This document shows, piece after piece, positions 12,906-25,001 of a stretch of DNA of 64,000 nt. This stretch comes from Penicillus capitatus. Lineage: Eukaryota > Plantae > Chlorophyta. The DNA lies in contig OZ287702.1 of NCBI GenBank assembly GCA_965649825.1, forward strand, positions 496,001-560,000. The letters run 5' to 3'. Position 1 is the stretch's first letter. Each line of letters opens with the position of its first letter. The notes beneath the pieces were generated by a model. The model saw only the letters and a program-made list of their open reading frames with translations. It was not told where the DNA came from and did not search any database. Both the position numbers and the translations under genes were made by a program.

Positions 12906-14610
12906 CTATTGTTTTTCAAGACACTTGTGCTCGAGCATTAAGTGATTCTCTGGACGCAGTCCAACACATGCTCTCATGAAATTCTCCAACATGGCTCGTT
13001 GCTTGGACAGGGCATTGACAATCGGCGTTCCATCCGGGACCAATGGCGCCTTGGTCAAGTAGGACAACAAGGATGCAACGGGATGTAGGTCTTGATAATG
13101 CGTGTCCTTCTCCTGCTTCACCTGGACACGCGTCAAGAGTTCGGCCAATAAGACCAAGTCCAGAATGATAGGTGCTGCCAAAAGAGAGTCTTCGCATGTG
13201 TTGTGCATCACAATCGTACTGCGTCCTCCGAGAAAGATTTCAGATGTATATTCATCCATGGCACGTTTACTGTCTCCCACGTAAGGAACATACTTGATCA
13301 CCACAACGTGGTCCGGATGCTCTCCTGGCTCGTAAAGAACGGCATTGGAGCCAACCATATCATCCACGACGTTAGATTTAGAGATCTCTTTGGAACGGAA
13401 TGTCTGTGGAGCGGATAGATTGAGCCCGTCGTTGTTGCCGAGATGATTGTACGAGACAATAGAGACAGGTTTGATGCCGGCGCCGACTAAGAAATCGACC
13501 ACCACGGATTTCATTTTCGTCTGACCACTCTTGAAATCATCTCCAGCGATCAACACGCCTCTGCTAATAGCCATTTCGACCAGACCAGGGACAAAAGTGT
13601 TCTGAGGGGAGCCGTTGATAAAAGGGACTCCTTCTTCGATGGCGGCAATGGCGTAGAGCGATGATGGTGCAATCTCATCTTCGTTCGACTCGACGCTTTT
13701 CAATAAATTCTCCATGGTATCATTCATTCCCTCCTCAATTGAGGCATAGCGTTCTGTGTTTGCTGTCCAGAGCACCACAATCTTATCCAATTCATTCGTT
13801 TTCTTAAAATCGCGTATGTTTTGGCGGATTTCGGCGACTTGTTCTGCCTTGGTGCCGTTGATCACATGATCCGCCCGCACATTCTGATTGCTCGCTACAA
13901 ACTGCGGATCATAGATTCCTGTACAGCAGCATCCTTAAGTACTACCAAAAAGAGTGAGATATTCCAATGACCTGGCAAAGGTTGAATATCTTTCATTAGT
14001 GGAGCCAGCTGCTGCTGCAAAGCAAAATCGATCACTTGTGCGCGTTCCATCGCGCGGGCCATGTCATAATGTGAAATATCCCACCCGCCGATGACCACAT
14101 CATTAGGGTCCACCATGGGCAGCAGACTTTTCAAGGGAGCATAGACTTCTTCGCCGTCGACGTTTCCTAGTCGAAAAGACGACGCTTGTGTAACGGACCC
14201 CCAGTAGTTTGGCTTCTGTAAACCCTCTTTCGTCATCCACGTCACTCCGCTGTCGACACAACGTCTTTTCAGACGGAGAGACGAAAGCGACGGTCTTACT
14301 GTTTGTTTGCGAGAATTCCGGCGAGAAGAGTGGAACCGTTGTTGCCGCCGAGGCCCACAAGCATCACACTGTCGACAGCACGAGGAACTCCGTCAGGACA
14401 CGACGCACGCGTTTCGTCGTCGTTTGCTTACCCGAGCTTCGGCACGGCGTTTTGGGTTCGGAATTCGAAAGTCTCCTTTGTGGGTATCACCGTCCATGAC
14501 TGATCGTCGGCCGGCTCCAATCGCGTGTTGTCGTAGTCGAAACGCGCGTAAATAGCGTCATCTGCGTAACGCACGTTCGGGGACTGGACTTTGAAGTTCT
14601 CGACAAACAT
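12906..14610 (-). CDS. INO1: myo-inositol-1-phosphate synthase, multi-exon
   Basis: Motifs [87 protein letters not shown] and YLTKAPLVP. Confidence 0.98.
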
Positions 14611-14743
14611 TTCTCAAATCTCGACGGGTCCAAACAAGCGAAGCTTAGAACAAAAGGGCAAAAACCCAGTATATATAGTCAACGGGTACCGTCCTCTCGA
14701 ACGTTCGCGACTTGATGCGACGGTACTGCCGTTAGTGAACATC

Positions 14744-15510
14744 ATGGTTGTCGCACGTGTGCTGCGACGCGGTTGGTCAGTTCTCGAAGGCGTCTGTCCT
14801 GCAACGCGGCCGTGGGAGTATCTATCGAAACGGGGCGCAAACCGTACAGTAAAAGTACAGCTTTTAAAGGTTAGGAGTGGTGATGCATATTCCTAGACGA
14901 TGCATCGTCGAGGCATCGAGAATTCCATGCTGTGCTGTTCTGCAGGATGTCGAAAAACTAGGCGGACATGGCGATGTGGTCATGGTCAAACCAGGACGCA
15001 TGCGGAATCACCTATACCCAAAGAAAGAAGCTGTGTATGCTATGTATAATGCGCCACTGACTGTACGAGAACGGAAAACCAAAGTTCATCGACCTGCATA
15101 GTAATTGTACATCTGCAGAATGCGTCTAAACATGGTCTAGGAAGTCCACAGACCGAGCAAAGAGGACCTCATTCGAGCACAGCTGTCGAAAATCGTCAAG
15201 CGACTGACCACAACCACTTTGGTTTTTCTGTTAGGTTTAGTGATGTGACTGACAGTTGGTGAACTAGGAGATCCGACGGCCGTTGAGAGAGGGTGGAGAT
15301 AAAAACGTTTCAATCACAGCAGATATTGTGTGTAAGTTTGTGCGAGAGCGTCTAAAAGTGGATCTGTCGGCGTCCCTGCTGGACATACCAAAGCCACTCG
15401 AAAGCCGCGGGGAGTTTGAAATACCATTAAAGTTTACATACCAAGGGGAGAGTGATCTGACTCTGAAGGTCAACATTATCGATGCCTCCGAAGCAGAAGA
15501 AAATGACTGA
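14744..15510 (+). CDS. rplI: Organellar (probably mitochondrial) ribosomal protein bL9, multi-exon
   Basis: Arg-rich presequence followed by VKVQLLK|DVEKLGGHGDVVMVKPGRMRNHLYPKKEAVYA (L9 N-domain). C-domain is VSITADIV...IPKPLESRGEFEIPLKF. Confidence 0.88.
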
Positions 15511-18049
15511 TATGATCTAGAGAGACACATACAAATGTTGTCTGTCATAAAGTGCATTGGTGTGACGTATTTTGGAGAGATGACCAAACGCGAGAACATG
15601 TGAGAGGACTGCATATGTCTTGCGTGCCAAAACTCGCATTTTGTTTCTTTTACTGTTGTTGTACGATGGTGCTTCTTAATGCCTTTTGGTGGTTTTCTGT
15701 CACATCGCTTGGCAATCCAAGTGCTTACTCAGTAAACAACAGACATTCGCATGCTGGCCAAGACGATTGGAAGTTTTCGGATGCATCTAACGAAGTGAGC
15801 GAAGTGAGCGGCGCGGCTGGCTGACTCGCGCATGAAATCTATTTCTTTTGTGAGTGGTCAGTTGTTCCACTGTTATCTAGCTTCTTTGGGAAATGGGCCT
15901 GCTGATGCACCGTTCAGTAGTCGTTTCCTTCGCTGCATTTGAAGTAAAGGACCTCTCTCGACAGGAACCGATTAGATAAAAAGCGATAACTGTGTTCCTC
16001 GACAGCGAATGTCGACATTGACAGCTTGTCGAATTTCTAATCGATCTATGTGAATCGGAACCGAGAACAGGCCGATCAGCTGCAAGTCAGATTCAATCCA
16101 GATGTTCCTGCTAGAAGTCGTGCTTCGTATCTTTTTGCTTCCGCGTAGCTTGTAAGTGATCGGTAGAGAATGCGATCCAACCATATGCGTTAAGCTGTCG
16201 GACATGTAATTGGCGCTCTTATGAGGCTTTAAATAAAGCTTTCGGAAGGACGAATGACGACCTCTGTCGAGAAACTGTGATAACTAACCATCATCCATAC
16301 CAAATGAGTCCTAGAGCGAATAACTCAAACTTCAAAAAAATACCGTATTGAGATATAGTTCTACTTGATTCATGGTGCTAGCAATATTTCGTTCGCCGGC
16401 AATCGAATGCTCGAAATAATTCTTTTCCGGCAAGCAATGATATTGTGTCCGAAGCAGAACTTCGTTCTTGCACTATGGAACGTCACCTTGAGCGAAAATA
16501 ACATCGCGATCGATTAAGCACAGAATCTCATTCGAAAAGACAATCATTACATCTTGGGATCGCATGCAAGAAGATTCACAGGAACGATCTATGATCCATC
16601 GGATCGATCGATCAATCGACCGCGCTTGTCGATGCGATACTTCACTGCGATCGATTCATAGATCTCCGCTTTTCGCAGAATCGATGATATGATCGATCTT
16701 TTCAAAAGCGAAAGAAATCCTGGACACTCTTCTGGCGGTTTCTTTTGAGTCTCTCTTCTTCTTCTTCAGGGAAAAAGTGGCCTTCCAGTGGTGATCGCCC
16801 TTAAACGCTTTGCTGAATCCTAATCACGCACAAGGAGTTGCTAGATTTGTCCTCTCTGCGTTTCGCTTCTAGTGGACCGATTAGACAACTGACAAACAAC
16901 GTCCGCGGGTTTCCGACGAGTTCTCCGAAACCACATGCGGGGAACCGCATTGCTCAAATCTTCGTCGGAGCCGCTCGTCCTGGATCCGTCCAAACGGACT
17001 GAAGGATCGTGGGGAGGTGATGATAATCGTGACTTGACAGCTAGAGAACGATACTTTTGGCAGAAATGAGAGACTGGCCGTGCCACGCGTCTTCGACCGC
17101 AATCGTCAAATAATGCCTCATGACTGGACCGAACTGCATCGTTACTTCTCCGTGAAGAGGCGCACACCTGTCATCGCCGAGTCTGTTCTCCCATCGGATT
17201 CTCCTCTGTTTCCCGATCGTACACTGAGACTGCAATCATCCATTGTGAACAGAGGAGAGAACAAGTCTAGAGGCAAACTCTGCTTTGAGCATCGAGGCAG
17301 GATATGCGGCTGTCTGAAAACCGTCTAACGCGAAACATCACTCAGGACACAAACATTCGAACATCCGTAGGCGGAACCGGCTCGAGAATCGTCGAACAGG
17401 ACCTGAAGCAAGCAGGACATGGGCCAGATTTGGAAGAAACTCATGTTCAAGCAAAGTGCGGCGATGGCAAAAAAAAATCCGGGCCATCAAGGTCAATCCT
17501 TTCTCTTCAGAACCGTCTAACAACTCACGTGACTGCTCCAGAAGTGTAGAAGCCTACCTGGTCGCTTTTCACAACCCATCCCATTACGTTCAGATTCACA
17601 CTGCTGTTCATCTTGGCCTTTGACAGGTAACAGTGGAATCCCTAGGTCTTCGTGGTTTGGCCTAGTAGAGAAGGCATTCTTAGTATTCCCGTTTGTTGCC
17701 CTGACTGTAGGATCGCGGGAAAGCGGTCCAATACTTTGCTGTTTGCATTTTATGTGATCTCATCATTCTGTATGTCAGCGTCATCTTGATCGCTTCTGTG
17801 ATCTGGAGACACTGTTCCAGTTGAGGGGGTTTCAATTCTGCGATCTTGCAGTTGTTATATGGGATGCTTGGCAGAATCACTGACCGACCCGCAACATTTC
17901 TGTTTGCTGGCGACAAACAAGAAGGTCAATCACGATCAGCACTGCCTCGAATTCGGATTCGGATAGATATAATATTCGGCAAGACACTTGTCTTTCTCTA
18001 ACTAAGCATTTCGACAGTTCGCGCATCCCACTAGTCAACAAGCGATTAA

Positions 18050-20900
18050 ACGCTTCGTCCTATGACACGCAGTGGACGTTGTCGTGCAAATCGACTCCGC
18101 AACTGTCGCGTCAGCATTCCAAACGCCTGCTTCCGAACATCTTGACGGCTTCTCATCCTCGTCATGACTCGCATATTTGTTACAGGTTTTCGCTCTTTGT
18201 TCGCTGTCCATTGTTAAAAATCGAGGAGCGACATGGAGGGACAGGAGACCGGTCTCTTTACCGAATCGCCAGAGGCAGAGACGTCAGTGGAGGAAGGTCA
18301 TCGAGATTGGGCGTCGCTTCCATTGCCCGTCGTCGACAGTCTCGTTCGAGTGCTCAAGGATGCTCGAAGATGGAGACTGGAGGGCAGGTCTCTGCGACTG
18401 ATCAACAAACACTGGTCAGCAGCGGTCACCATGCACGTGGAGGAGATTCGACCCGACACCACGCGAATCATTGCCGACGAGGACATCGCGTCGCTGTCGA
18501 AGTTCAAACGGCTGACGTCTGTAGACATCTCGCCGTTTCTGATTCGTCCTCCTAGACATGCAATTCCAAAGAACCGAAAGCAGAAGATGGTATTCCTAAA
18601 GAACTGGTTTGACGCCAAGCTGAGGAGGATTGTTGACATGCTTTGTGAGATGCCGGAGCTAACACAGATTGAAGTCGGACTCAAGACCATAATCATCCTC
18701 CATTATCACTGTGCAAGAACGAGAGAACATTTCTCAACATTGGAGAGGATCACCTCAGTATACCTTTACAACAGTAAGAACGTTAAGTTCTACGGCGAAA
18801 CGCCTCTGAGCAAAACCTGGGCGGGGCAACTCTACGGGCAACAGCAGTCGGACTATTCAAGCATAATCGCGCAACTTGTGTGCAGTCTTGGGGGTTTGGA
18901 AACATTGGAAGTTGAAGGTCTTGTGCTGGACAGTTGCACTCAGTTCGGTTTTCTGGACCAAGTGAAACGTGTAACCCTTCAAGGTGTGGACTCAAGAATA
19001 CTGACCCGACTGTCAAATCCATCGGCAACAGTTTCTTCTGTTGTCGTGTTGTCTCCTGCTACATTCACGCGGAACATTTCTGTCCAACTGACTCGTTTGG
19101 GTGGACTAAGTCTTCTGGAGGAGGTTTCGTCAGACGATCTCGCCGGAGTGCATCTCAGTCCTGCAGCCAAAAATTTGAAGGTTCTTGACATCTCTGTTAG
19201 CGATTTTGACATAAGTGCTTTTCCAAATGAAACGATTACTGTATTCATGAACGTAGAATGCTTGAATATTGTATCATGTTTGTTTGCGGGAGCATCATTG
19301 CGAGGACATTTTCCCAATCTCAAGGCGTTGAGATTTGCAGATTGCACGGTGACAGACAGCGATGTGACGTTTGTCACGCAGTTCCGCAAGCTGGAGCTCT
19401 TGGATTGGTACGACGTACTCGATCCACAATTCAAGTCGCTTCACCTACCATGGGAGAAGTTGGAGCTGCCAAAACTCCGATCATTATGTGTCATTCCAAT
19501 CCTGGATGACTCCGAATTGCTGTCAATTTCTCGACAAACGAATCTGGAGGTTCTGCTCGTCGGATCGTACTACGACCAGATATGTGCTAGCAATATCACG
19601 AATGAGGGACTACGCTTGCTGGAAGAATTGGTCAATCTTCGCATTTTGTACGTAGAAGCTTACGAAACAAAGGCAAGAAGAATGTGGTTATCTTTGCTTT
19701 CTAGTAACATGCTTACCAAACTGGAGCAATTGTGGGTGTGGTTTTATCCGGAGTATGATGAAGACGAAGACAGCTTAAAACGCATAAAATGCATTTCGCC
19801 TCATCTGATCTTGAAATCTGGCCTGTATCATTTTCTAGATTTTGATTGCGCTCGTTTTATTTGACTCGGAAGATAATCGTTTCCCAAATAATACCAACAA
19901 AAGATTTAAAGTTGGTGCACGAGTGGTCATAGTTGATGTTATGTCTGTTGCATGTTACAGCAAAAATTTGCAAAACCAGCGACGCTGTCCCGATCGCTTG
20001 TACAGAAGTGGATGTTCATGTTAGATTGATTCTATGACGATTTGCACTGACTGTTCCTTTGCTCTCACACATCTGCGTTGTCTATTCGGCCTTGTTCTCT
20101 GCGGTGGTAGTTGCGGCAATCGATAAGAAAAAAGTTCTTTAGTTGTGCTCGACATCCAGAACTCGGATACAGTTGGTGTTACAGTTGATGTTCAACTGTC
20201 GCTGTCAAACTCACAAAAGGTGTCAGTCACCATTTGGATCAAAATTCGGTGATCTGCAGACTGCCGCCTACTCCGAAGCAAGAAGAGTCGAGCCCCTTGC
20301 CTGCAAGTACGATTGAGGTTCCCCGTTAGGCGGGATTTGAAACAATCGAGGATTGCGCTGGCTTACTTTTATTGCCGAGATAAGTTCTGTTCGGTTTCGA
20401 ATCCCGCTATGTGTGCAAATCCTCCACAGCTCAACAAGAGATGGAGGCTCTAGTTGAACGCGTGACGATGGACGGGGTTAGAGGGTCCTTTTCGCCTTCT
20501 GTTGCAGTCCGGGGTCTAGACTCATCGGTGAACAGATCGCCTTCTTGACGACAACCACTTTGGAATAGAAGCTTCTCTCGATAATGTGCCCTTATTTAAA
20601 TACATTCCGTTCTCTGTGTGCTTGCCCCTCTTGTAGGACTGGAATGTCGAACATCTTGCGCCACACGGAGAGAGGATGACATATTGAAACTGTTCGCGCG
20701 CCCTTCAGACACGGTTTTGCCTTCGACGTGACGTAAACCCTTAATAATGAGGCCGCTGACTAGAGCCGCTTTGGCGACATCTGAATGCACAGCGATGTGG
20801 CGTTGTGTCCAGAATTGCTTCACCTTACCTGGCTGGCCAACGGTGCGGCCGCTTGCGACTCTTGGTAAGACATCCTCCGGTTCTCTCTAACCGGCAACTC
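18050..20900 (+). repeat. Segmental duplication unit (upstream flank + F-box/LRR gene + 3' flank), paralogous to ~32950-40530 (TE excluded) and partly to ~21950-23800
   Basis: Shared upstream motif (..gactcgcatatttgt..caggttttcgctctttgttcgct..). Shared 3' flank (gctgtcc.atcgcttgtacagaagtggatg; ctcaacaagagatggagg...ttgcgccacacggagag) at 19.9-20.7 kb and 39.7-40.4 kb. Confidence 0.85.
18233..19864 (+). CDS. F-box-like/leucine-rich-repeat protein, paralog 1 (543 aa, intronless)
   Basis: Uninterrupted ORF. N-terminal DWASLPLPVVDSLVRVL...LRLINKHW is F-box-like, followed by LxxLxL repeats (NLKVLDI, NLKALRF, KLELLDW, KLRSLCV, NLEVLLV, NLRILYV). Confidence 0.85.
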   Translation: MEGQETGLFTESPEAETSVEEGHRDWASLPLPVVDSLVRVLKDARRWRLEGRSLRLINKHWSAAVTMHVEEIRPDTTRIIADEDIASLSKFKRLTSVDISPFLIRPPRHAIPKNRKQKMVFLKNWFDAKLRRIVDMLCEMPELTQIEVGLKTIIILHYHCARTREHFSTLERITSVYLYNSKNVKFYGETPLSKTWAGQLYGQQQSDYSSIIAQLVCSLGGLETLEVEGLVLDSCTQFGFLDQVKRVTLQGVDSRILTRLSNPSATVSSVVVLSPATFTRNISVQLTRLGGLSLLEEVSSDDLAGVHLSPAAKNLKVLDISVSDFDISAFPNETITVFMNVECLNIVSCLFAGASLRGHFPNLKALRFADCTVTDSDVTFVTQFRKLELLDWYDVLDPQFKSLHLPWEKLELPKLRSLCVIPILDDSELLSISRQTNLEVLLVGSYYDQICASNITNEGLRLLEELVNLRILYVEAYETKARRMWLSLLSSNMLTKLEQLWVWFYPEYDEDEDSLKRIKCISPHLILKSGLYHFLDFDCARFI

Positions 20901-22152
20901 GGAATACAAGGAACGAGGAATGGGAACACCTCCTGATCTTCGCCTGCTTGGCCTATTTTTGGGAATAACCGAGAAAATGATCACTTCTGTGATGTGGAAG
21001 CGCAGCATGCCTGTGCAGTTCATAGCGGATATTGACACCTATTTCATTCCATCGTTTGATGTTACCAACTCTCCTCTCGTTTTGAACGTTCTCTGGATTT
21101 CACGTTTTCGGGTATTCCAACGCCTGGGTGCTCGTTTGCGATCAGCCTCTCGCTTAAAGTTTGTGCGTGGAAGGTACTAAGTACGGTGGAAGCATTGATC
21201 TTCATCACAACTACACGCAACTGCCGTATCGGACAAATCTTGCACGTGGGTGTGAGCAACCGAGAGCGGACAAGGGAGTTGAGGGCACGCAAGAAGGTAC
21301 CTCGTGAATTTCGGTGCGACGCGGTGGTGTACCATCGGCTAGGAAGACCAGTGCAAAAGTCAGCGTCGAAGACCTACAACTTGGACGGATTGTAGCTTTG
21401 TATCCGTTCCCCGTAAGCGTTCTATTAAGCGTCAGAGCTATCAAATCGGACAGTGAGCACGCAGATCCCCGCATCTACGAAGACGAGCATCATTTTCTGT
21501 GCCGATGCCCTTTCTCTTCGTCTCAGAGACTCGTGTTTTGCCCCAGAACTAAAACTTCGATTGCGCGACATGGCGCTGCAGGGGGAAGATGGAGTGACGC
21601 ACTCCGAGGACAAGCGCAACGAGATCGCAGAAACGCGACTTCGGCGAGGACGCAACTCTCCGAGCACATGAAGCTGCATGCACCGACCACACTAGAGAGC
21701 GTGACAAGGAGAGCCGACACTGCGGAGTCTGTGGCTTAACACGCACGTCTTATTGTGCGTGTACAGTACTGAGATATCATTGACACAACTTCTGCGCGCT
21801 TTTACCGTCTGACGAGTTTCGTCGCTCGGATTTCTTGACGGAGGAAACCTCTGGTCTTTTCTGGCGGGAAGATGCGTCTCGCCTTTAACTGTATGATCCA
21901 TCCGACAAAGTTTAGCGACTTCAGTTATTCAGTTAGACTGCTCACACATGACTTCGTTGAAACAATGCAATGGGAAGATTCTCAATTCGACCAACAGCTG
22001 ACGTACGAACTGCGACTTCGCAACTGTCACGTCAGCATCGGAACGCCTGCTTTCGAGCATCCTACTTGCTTCTTATCCTCGTCACGACTCGCATATTTGT
22101 TGCAGGTTTTCGCTCTTTGTTCGCTATCCATTGTTAAAAATCGAGGAGCGAG

Positions 22153-23799
22153 ATGACGGGACAGGAGACCGGTCTTCTTACCGAGTCGCTGGAGGCCGAG
22201 ACGTCGTTGAATGAAGATCATCGAGATTGGGCGTCGCTGCCTCTGCCCGTCGTCGACAGTCTCGTTCGAGTCCTCAAGGATGCTCGGAGATGGAGACTGG
22301 AGGGCAGGTCTCTGCGACTGATCAACAGACACTGGTCGGCAGCGGTCACCATGCACGTGGAGGAGATTCGACCCGACACCACGCGAATCATTGTCGACGA
22401 GGACATCGCGTCGCTGTCGAAGTTCAAACGAGTGACGTCTGTAGACATCTCGCCGTTTCTAACTCACCCTCTGAAACATGCAATTCCAAGAAACCGTAAG
22501 CAGAAGAAGCTTTTTCTAAAGAATTGGTATTGTACTAAGCTGGAGAGGGTTGTTGACGTGCTCTGTCAGATGCCGGAGCTGACGCAGATTGAAGTCGGAC
22601 TCAAGGCATCCGTACCCCTCCTCTATCACTGTCCAATCGCAGGAGAACAGTTATCCAGATTAGGGAGGATCACCTCTGCGTACATATATCACACGGACAA
22701 TCTTAGGCTCAACGGCAAACCCCATTTGAACGCGACATCCTTGTTGTACGCTGGTTCTCCGTTTGTGGATTTTACGAAGGGCCTTGCTGAATTCATCAAC
22801 AGTTTGAATGGACTGGATACGCTGGAGACCACGGCAGGTTTGTTAAGTTGCGTTACGCAGTTCGATTTCCTTAAAAAAGTAAATCACGTAACGTTGCAAA
22901 ATATGGACTTCTGTCTATGTACCCCGGAGGCGCTCTCATGGGCGACGATTTCTTCAGCCATACTGCATAGTTCACAAAGTTCTATATTAGACAGCGTTGT
23001 TTTACTCGATCGTGTACAAAGCCTGTCCCTGGAGTCTCCTTCTGTAGACAGTCTGGAACGTATATCTCTCGCTCGTTTCGCGAGACACCTTAAGGCCCTT
23101 CGTTTGGATGTATGGCATCCGGATGTTAGCCTTGATATCCCAGTAGAGACGCTCTCTAGGTTCGAACAATTGGAGTGTTTGGAACTCGAGTCGTATCACT
23201 TCGATGGCGCATCGTTGAAAGAAAACCTCCCGAACCTGAAGGCCTTGAGAGTTCATTATTGCACAGTGAAGGACGGCGATGTGACGTTTGTCACACGATT
23301 CCACAAGCTTGAGCTCCTAAGTTGGAAGAAAGTTTATGACCCGGCGAATCAGTTGCTCCAACTGCCGTTAGATAAGCCAATGCCGCCCAAACTTCGTTCC
23401 TTGAGTCTTATCCCCATTTCAGACGACTCGGAGCTGGTGTCCATTTCCCGGCAGACGAATCTGGAGGTTCTTCTTTTCGGAACTGAGCCCTATGATTTCA
23501 GGGCTGGAAACATCTCGAAGAAAGGGGTAGAAGCGCTAGAGAGGTTGCAGAATCTCCGTATTCTGACGATCGTCTCTTCTGGCGAGAGGAACCGAGAAAC
23601 ACTGTTGCGTTCGCTGCCTGTTAACCTCGTCACGGGGCTCGAACAGTTGTGGTTGGATATGCCCTTAGATTACATCACAGAAGACGAAAGCGACGTGAAA
23701 TCCATAGAAAGAAGATCGCCGAACTTGATCGTGAAATCGCGAAACATGACCTGCTGGTCATCATTCTCAAAAACGCTCGATCACGCTTGGCTCATTTGA
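22153..23799 (+). CDS. F-box-like/LRR protein, paralog 2 (548 aa, intronless)
   Basis: Same N-terminal F-box-like block as 18233 and the same LRR register; uninterrupted ORF. Confidence 0.85.
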   Translation: MTGQETGLLTESLEAETSLNEDHRDWASLPLPVVDSLVRVLKDARRWRLEGRSLRLINRHWSAAVTMHVEEIRPDTTRIIVDEDIASLSKFKRVTSVDISPFLTHPLKHAIPRNRKQKKLFLKNWYCTKLERVVDVLCQMPELTQIEVGLKASVPLLYHCPIAGEQLSRLGRITSAYIYHTDNLRLNGKPHLNATSLLYAGSPFVDFTKGLAEFINSLNGLDTLETTAGLLSCVTQFDFLKKVNHVTLQNMDFCLCTPEALSWATISSAILHSSQSSILDSVVLLDRVQSLSLESPSVDSLERISLARFARHLKALRLDVWHPDVSLDIPVETLSRFEQLECLELESYHFDGASLKENLPNLKALRVHYCTVKDGDVTFVTRFHKLELLSWKKVYDPANQLLQLPLDKPMPPKLRSLSLIPISDDSELVSISRQTNLEVLLFGTEPYDFRAGNISKKGVEALERLQNLRILTIVSSGERNRETLLRSLPVNLVTGLEQLWLDMPLDYITEDESDVKSIERRSPNLIVKSRNMTCWSSFSKTLDHAWLI

Positions 23800-25001
23800 C
23801 TTGAACGATGAGATTCTTCAAACGAAGTCTAAGAATGCGTGCGTGGGTCTGAAAATGAAGCATCGATGGATTGTCGAGTCCGGCTCTTTATTTTCTGTCT
23901 TCTATTGTACAAACTCGCAGAAAGGGAAATTACGTGCAACCTGGCCATTCGGCTAAACACTCTTTCTTGCTAAACTGTGAGGTCACTTGCAATCTTCCCT
24001 GCGCGTTCTGTAAATTCTTTTCTACGTGCTCTTAGAGACAGTAACAGAAGCAGCTGGCGGAACGCGGCATTTTTCCAGTCTGTGCAAAGATCCAGGAGGT
24101 AGATGTCGGTGTACTTAAACTGCCCCTGCGAACTTATAACGATGAGGCTGTCATGCGCATCTTACTTCCTGTCCGACTTCCGGTTCCTTCAAAATAAAAG
24201 AGATATCTTTCTATAGGCCTGAAAACTAGATGAGGGTCTTGTTCGTCATCAGATGTGGAGTTTCATGCATCCCGTCGACGGACTTGGATTTGAGATTTTC
24301 ATTCACAAGAGGTTCTTCTACTTATGTCCACGTGGGTCTTTTAGAAGCTGAATGCATACGCATGCGTTGTTTCGACAAGTGCAAGGGAACAAGGGAGGCA
24401 GGCACAGAGGGACATGCGTCAAAAGAGAGATGTCGTGTTTAGTGTATGTGAACATGCGAGGGTGCGGCTTCTGTGGTTTTATGTCCGGCGACGACTCGTC
24501 CTTTTGGCTTTAGAGATTCTACAACAGCGTCTGCATCGTCATCTAGTTCCGTCTTCGGTGATTGTTTTCACTCCTACTTTTCTGGTGGACTGAGAAGCTT
24601 TATGAACTAGTGAGCGCATCTCCTACAACGCCCTATTCTTTATATCATGTTCTTTCAGCGAAAAATCAACGCAAAACGCAGATATACAAACAGTTTGTTG
24701 TGGTCTCCGTTTGCGTTTTCATCTCGACGTCGTGTGGCTTTTTCTTGGTTCAGAATTTAGCAAAACAAATGTGTTTCACGCATTTCTCGTTCCCGACGAG
24801 GCCTTTTCGCATCGTCCGTGCTTGGGTCGCTTCCATGCTCAAAACGCTTGGCAACTTCTGCCGTCACACTTTGCATTATTTTCCTATAGTGGCGCCGACG
24901 GTTTTTTGGGCCAAGCGTCTTTGAATTCTCAAAAACGTTAAAGTGTTAATGTCTGTCGACAGCATGTCGATTAGCTGCCAAGAACGGGTAAGGTTTTGTA
25001 G

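Noticed and set aside
17416-17520. MGQIWKKLMFKQ, an Arf-like myristoylation start
   Set aside because: No GTPase P-loop follows in any frame or plausible exon.
20330-20407. 14-bp inverted repeat (gcgggatttgaaac / gtttcgaatcccgc) resembling a tRNA T-arm or MITE
   Set aside because: No cloverleaf or A-box can be built. The left arm aligns to diverged sequence in the paralogous flank near 40.07 kb, so it is not a clean insertion.
21477-21512. YEDEHHFLCRCP resembling the C-terminal zinc motif of non-LTR retrotransposons
   Set aside because: No RT or endonuclease remnant is nearby and the upstream CxxC is not at the expected spacing; a single short motif is insufficient.
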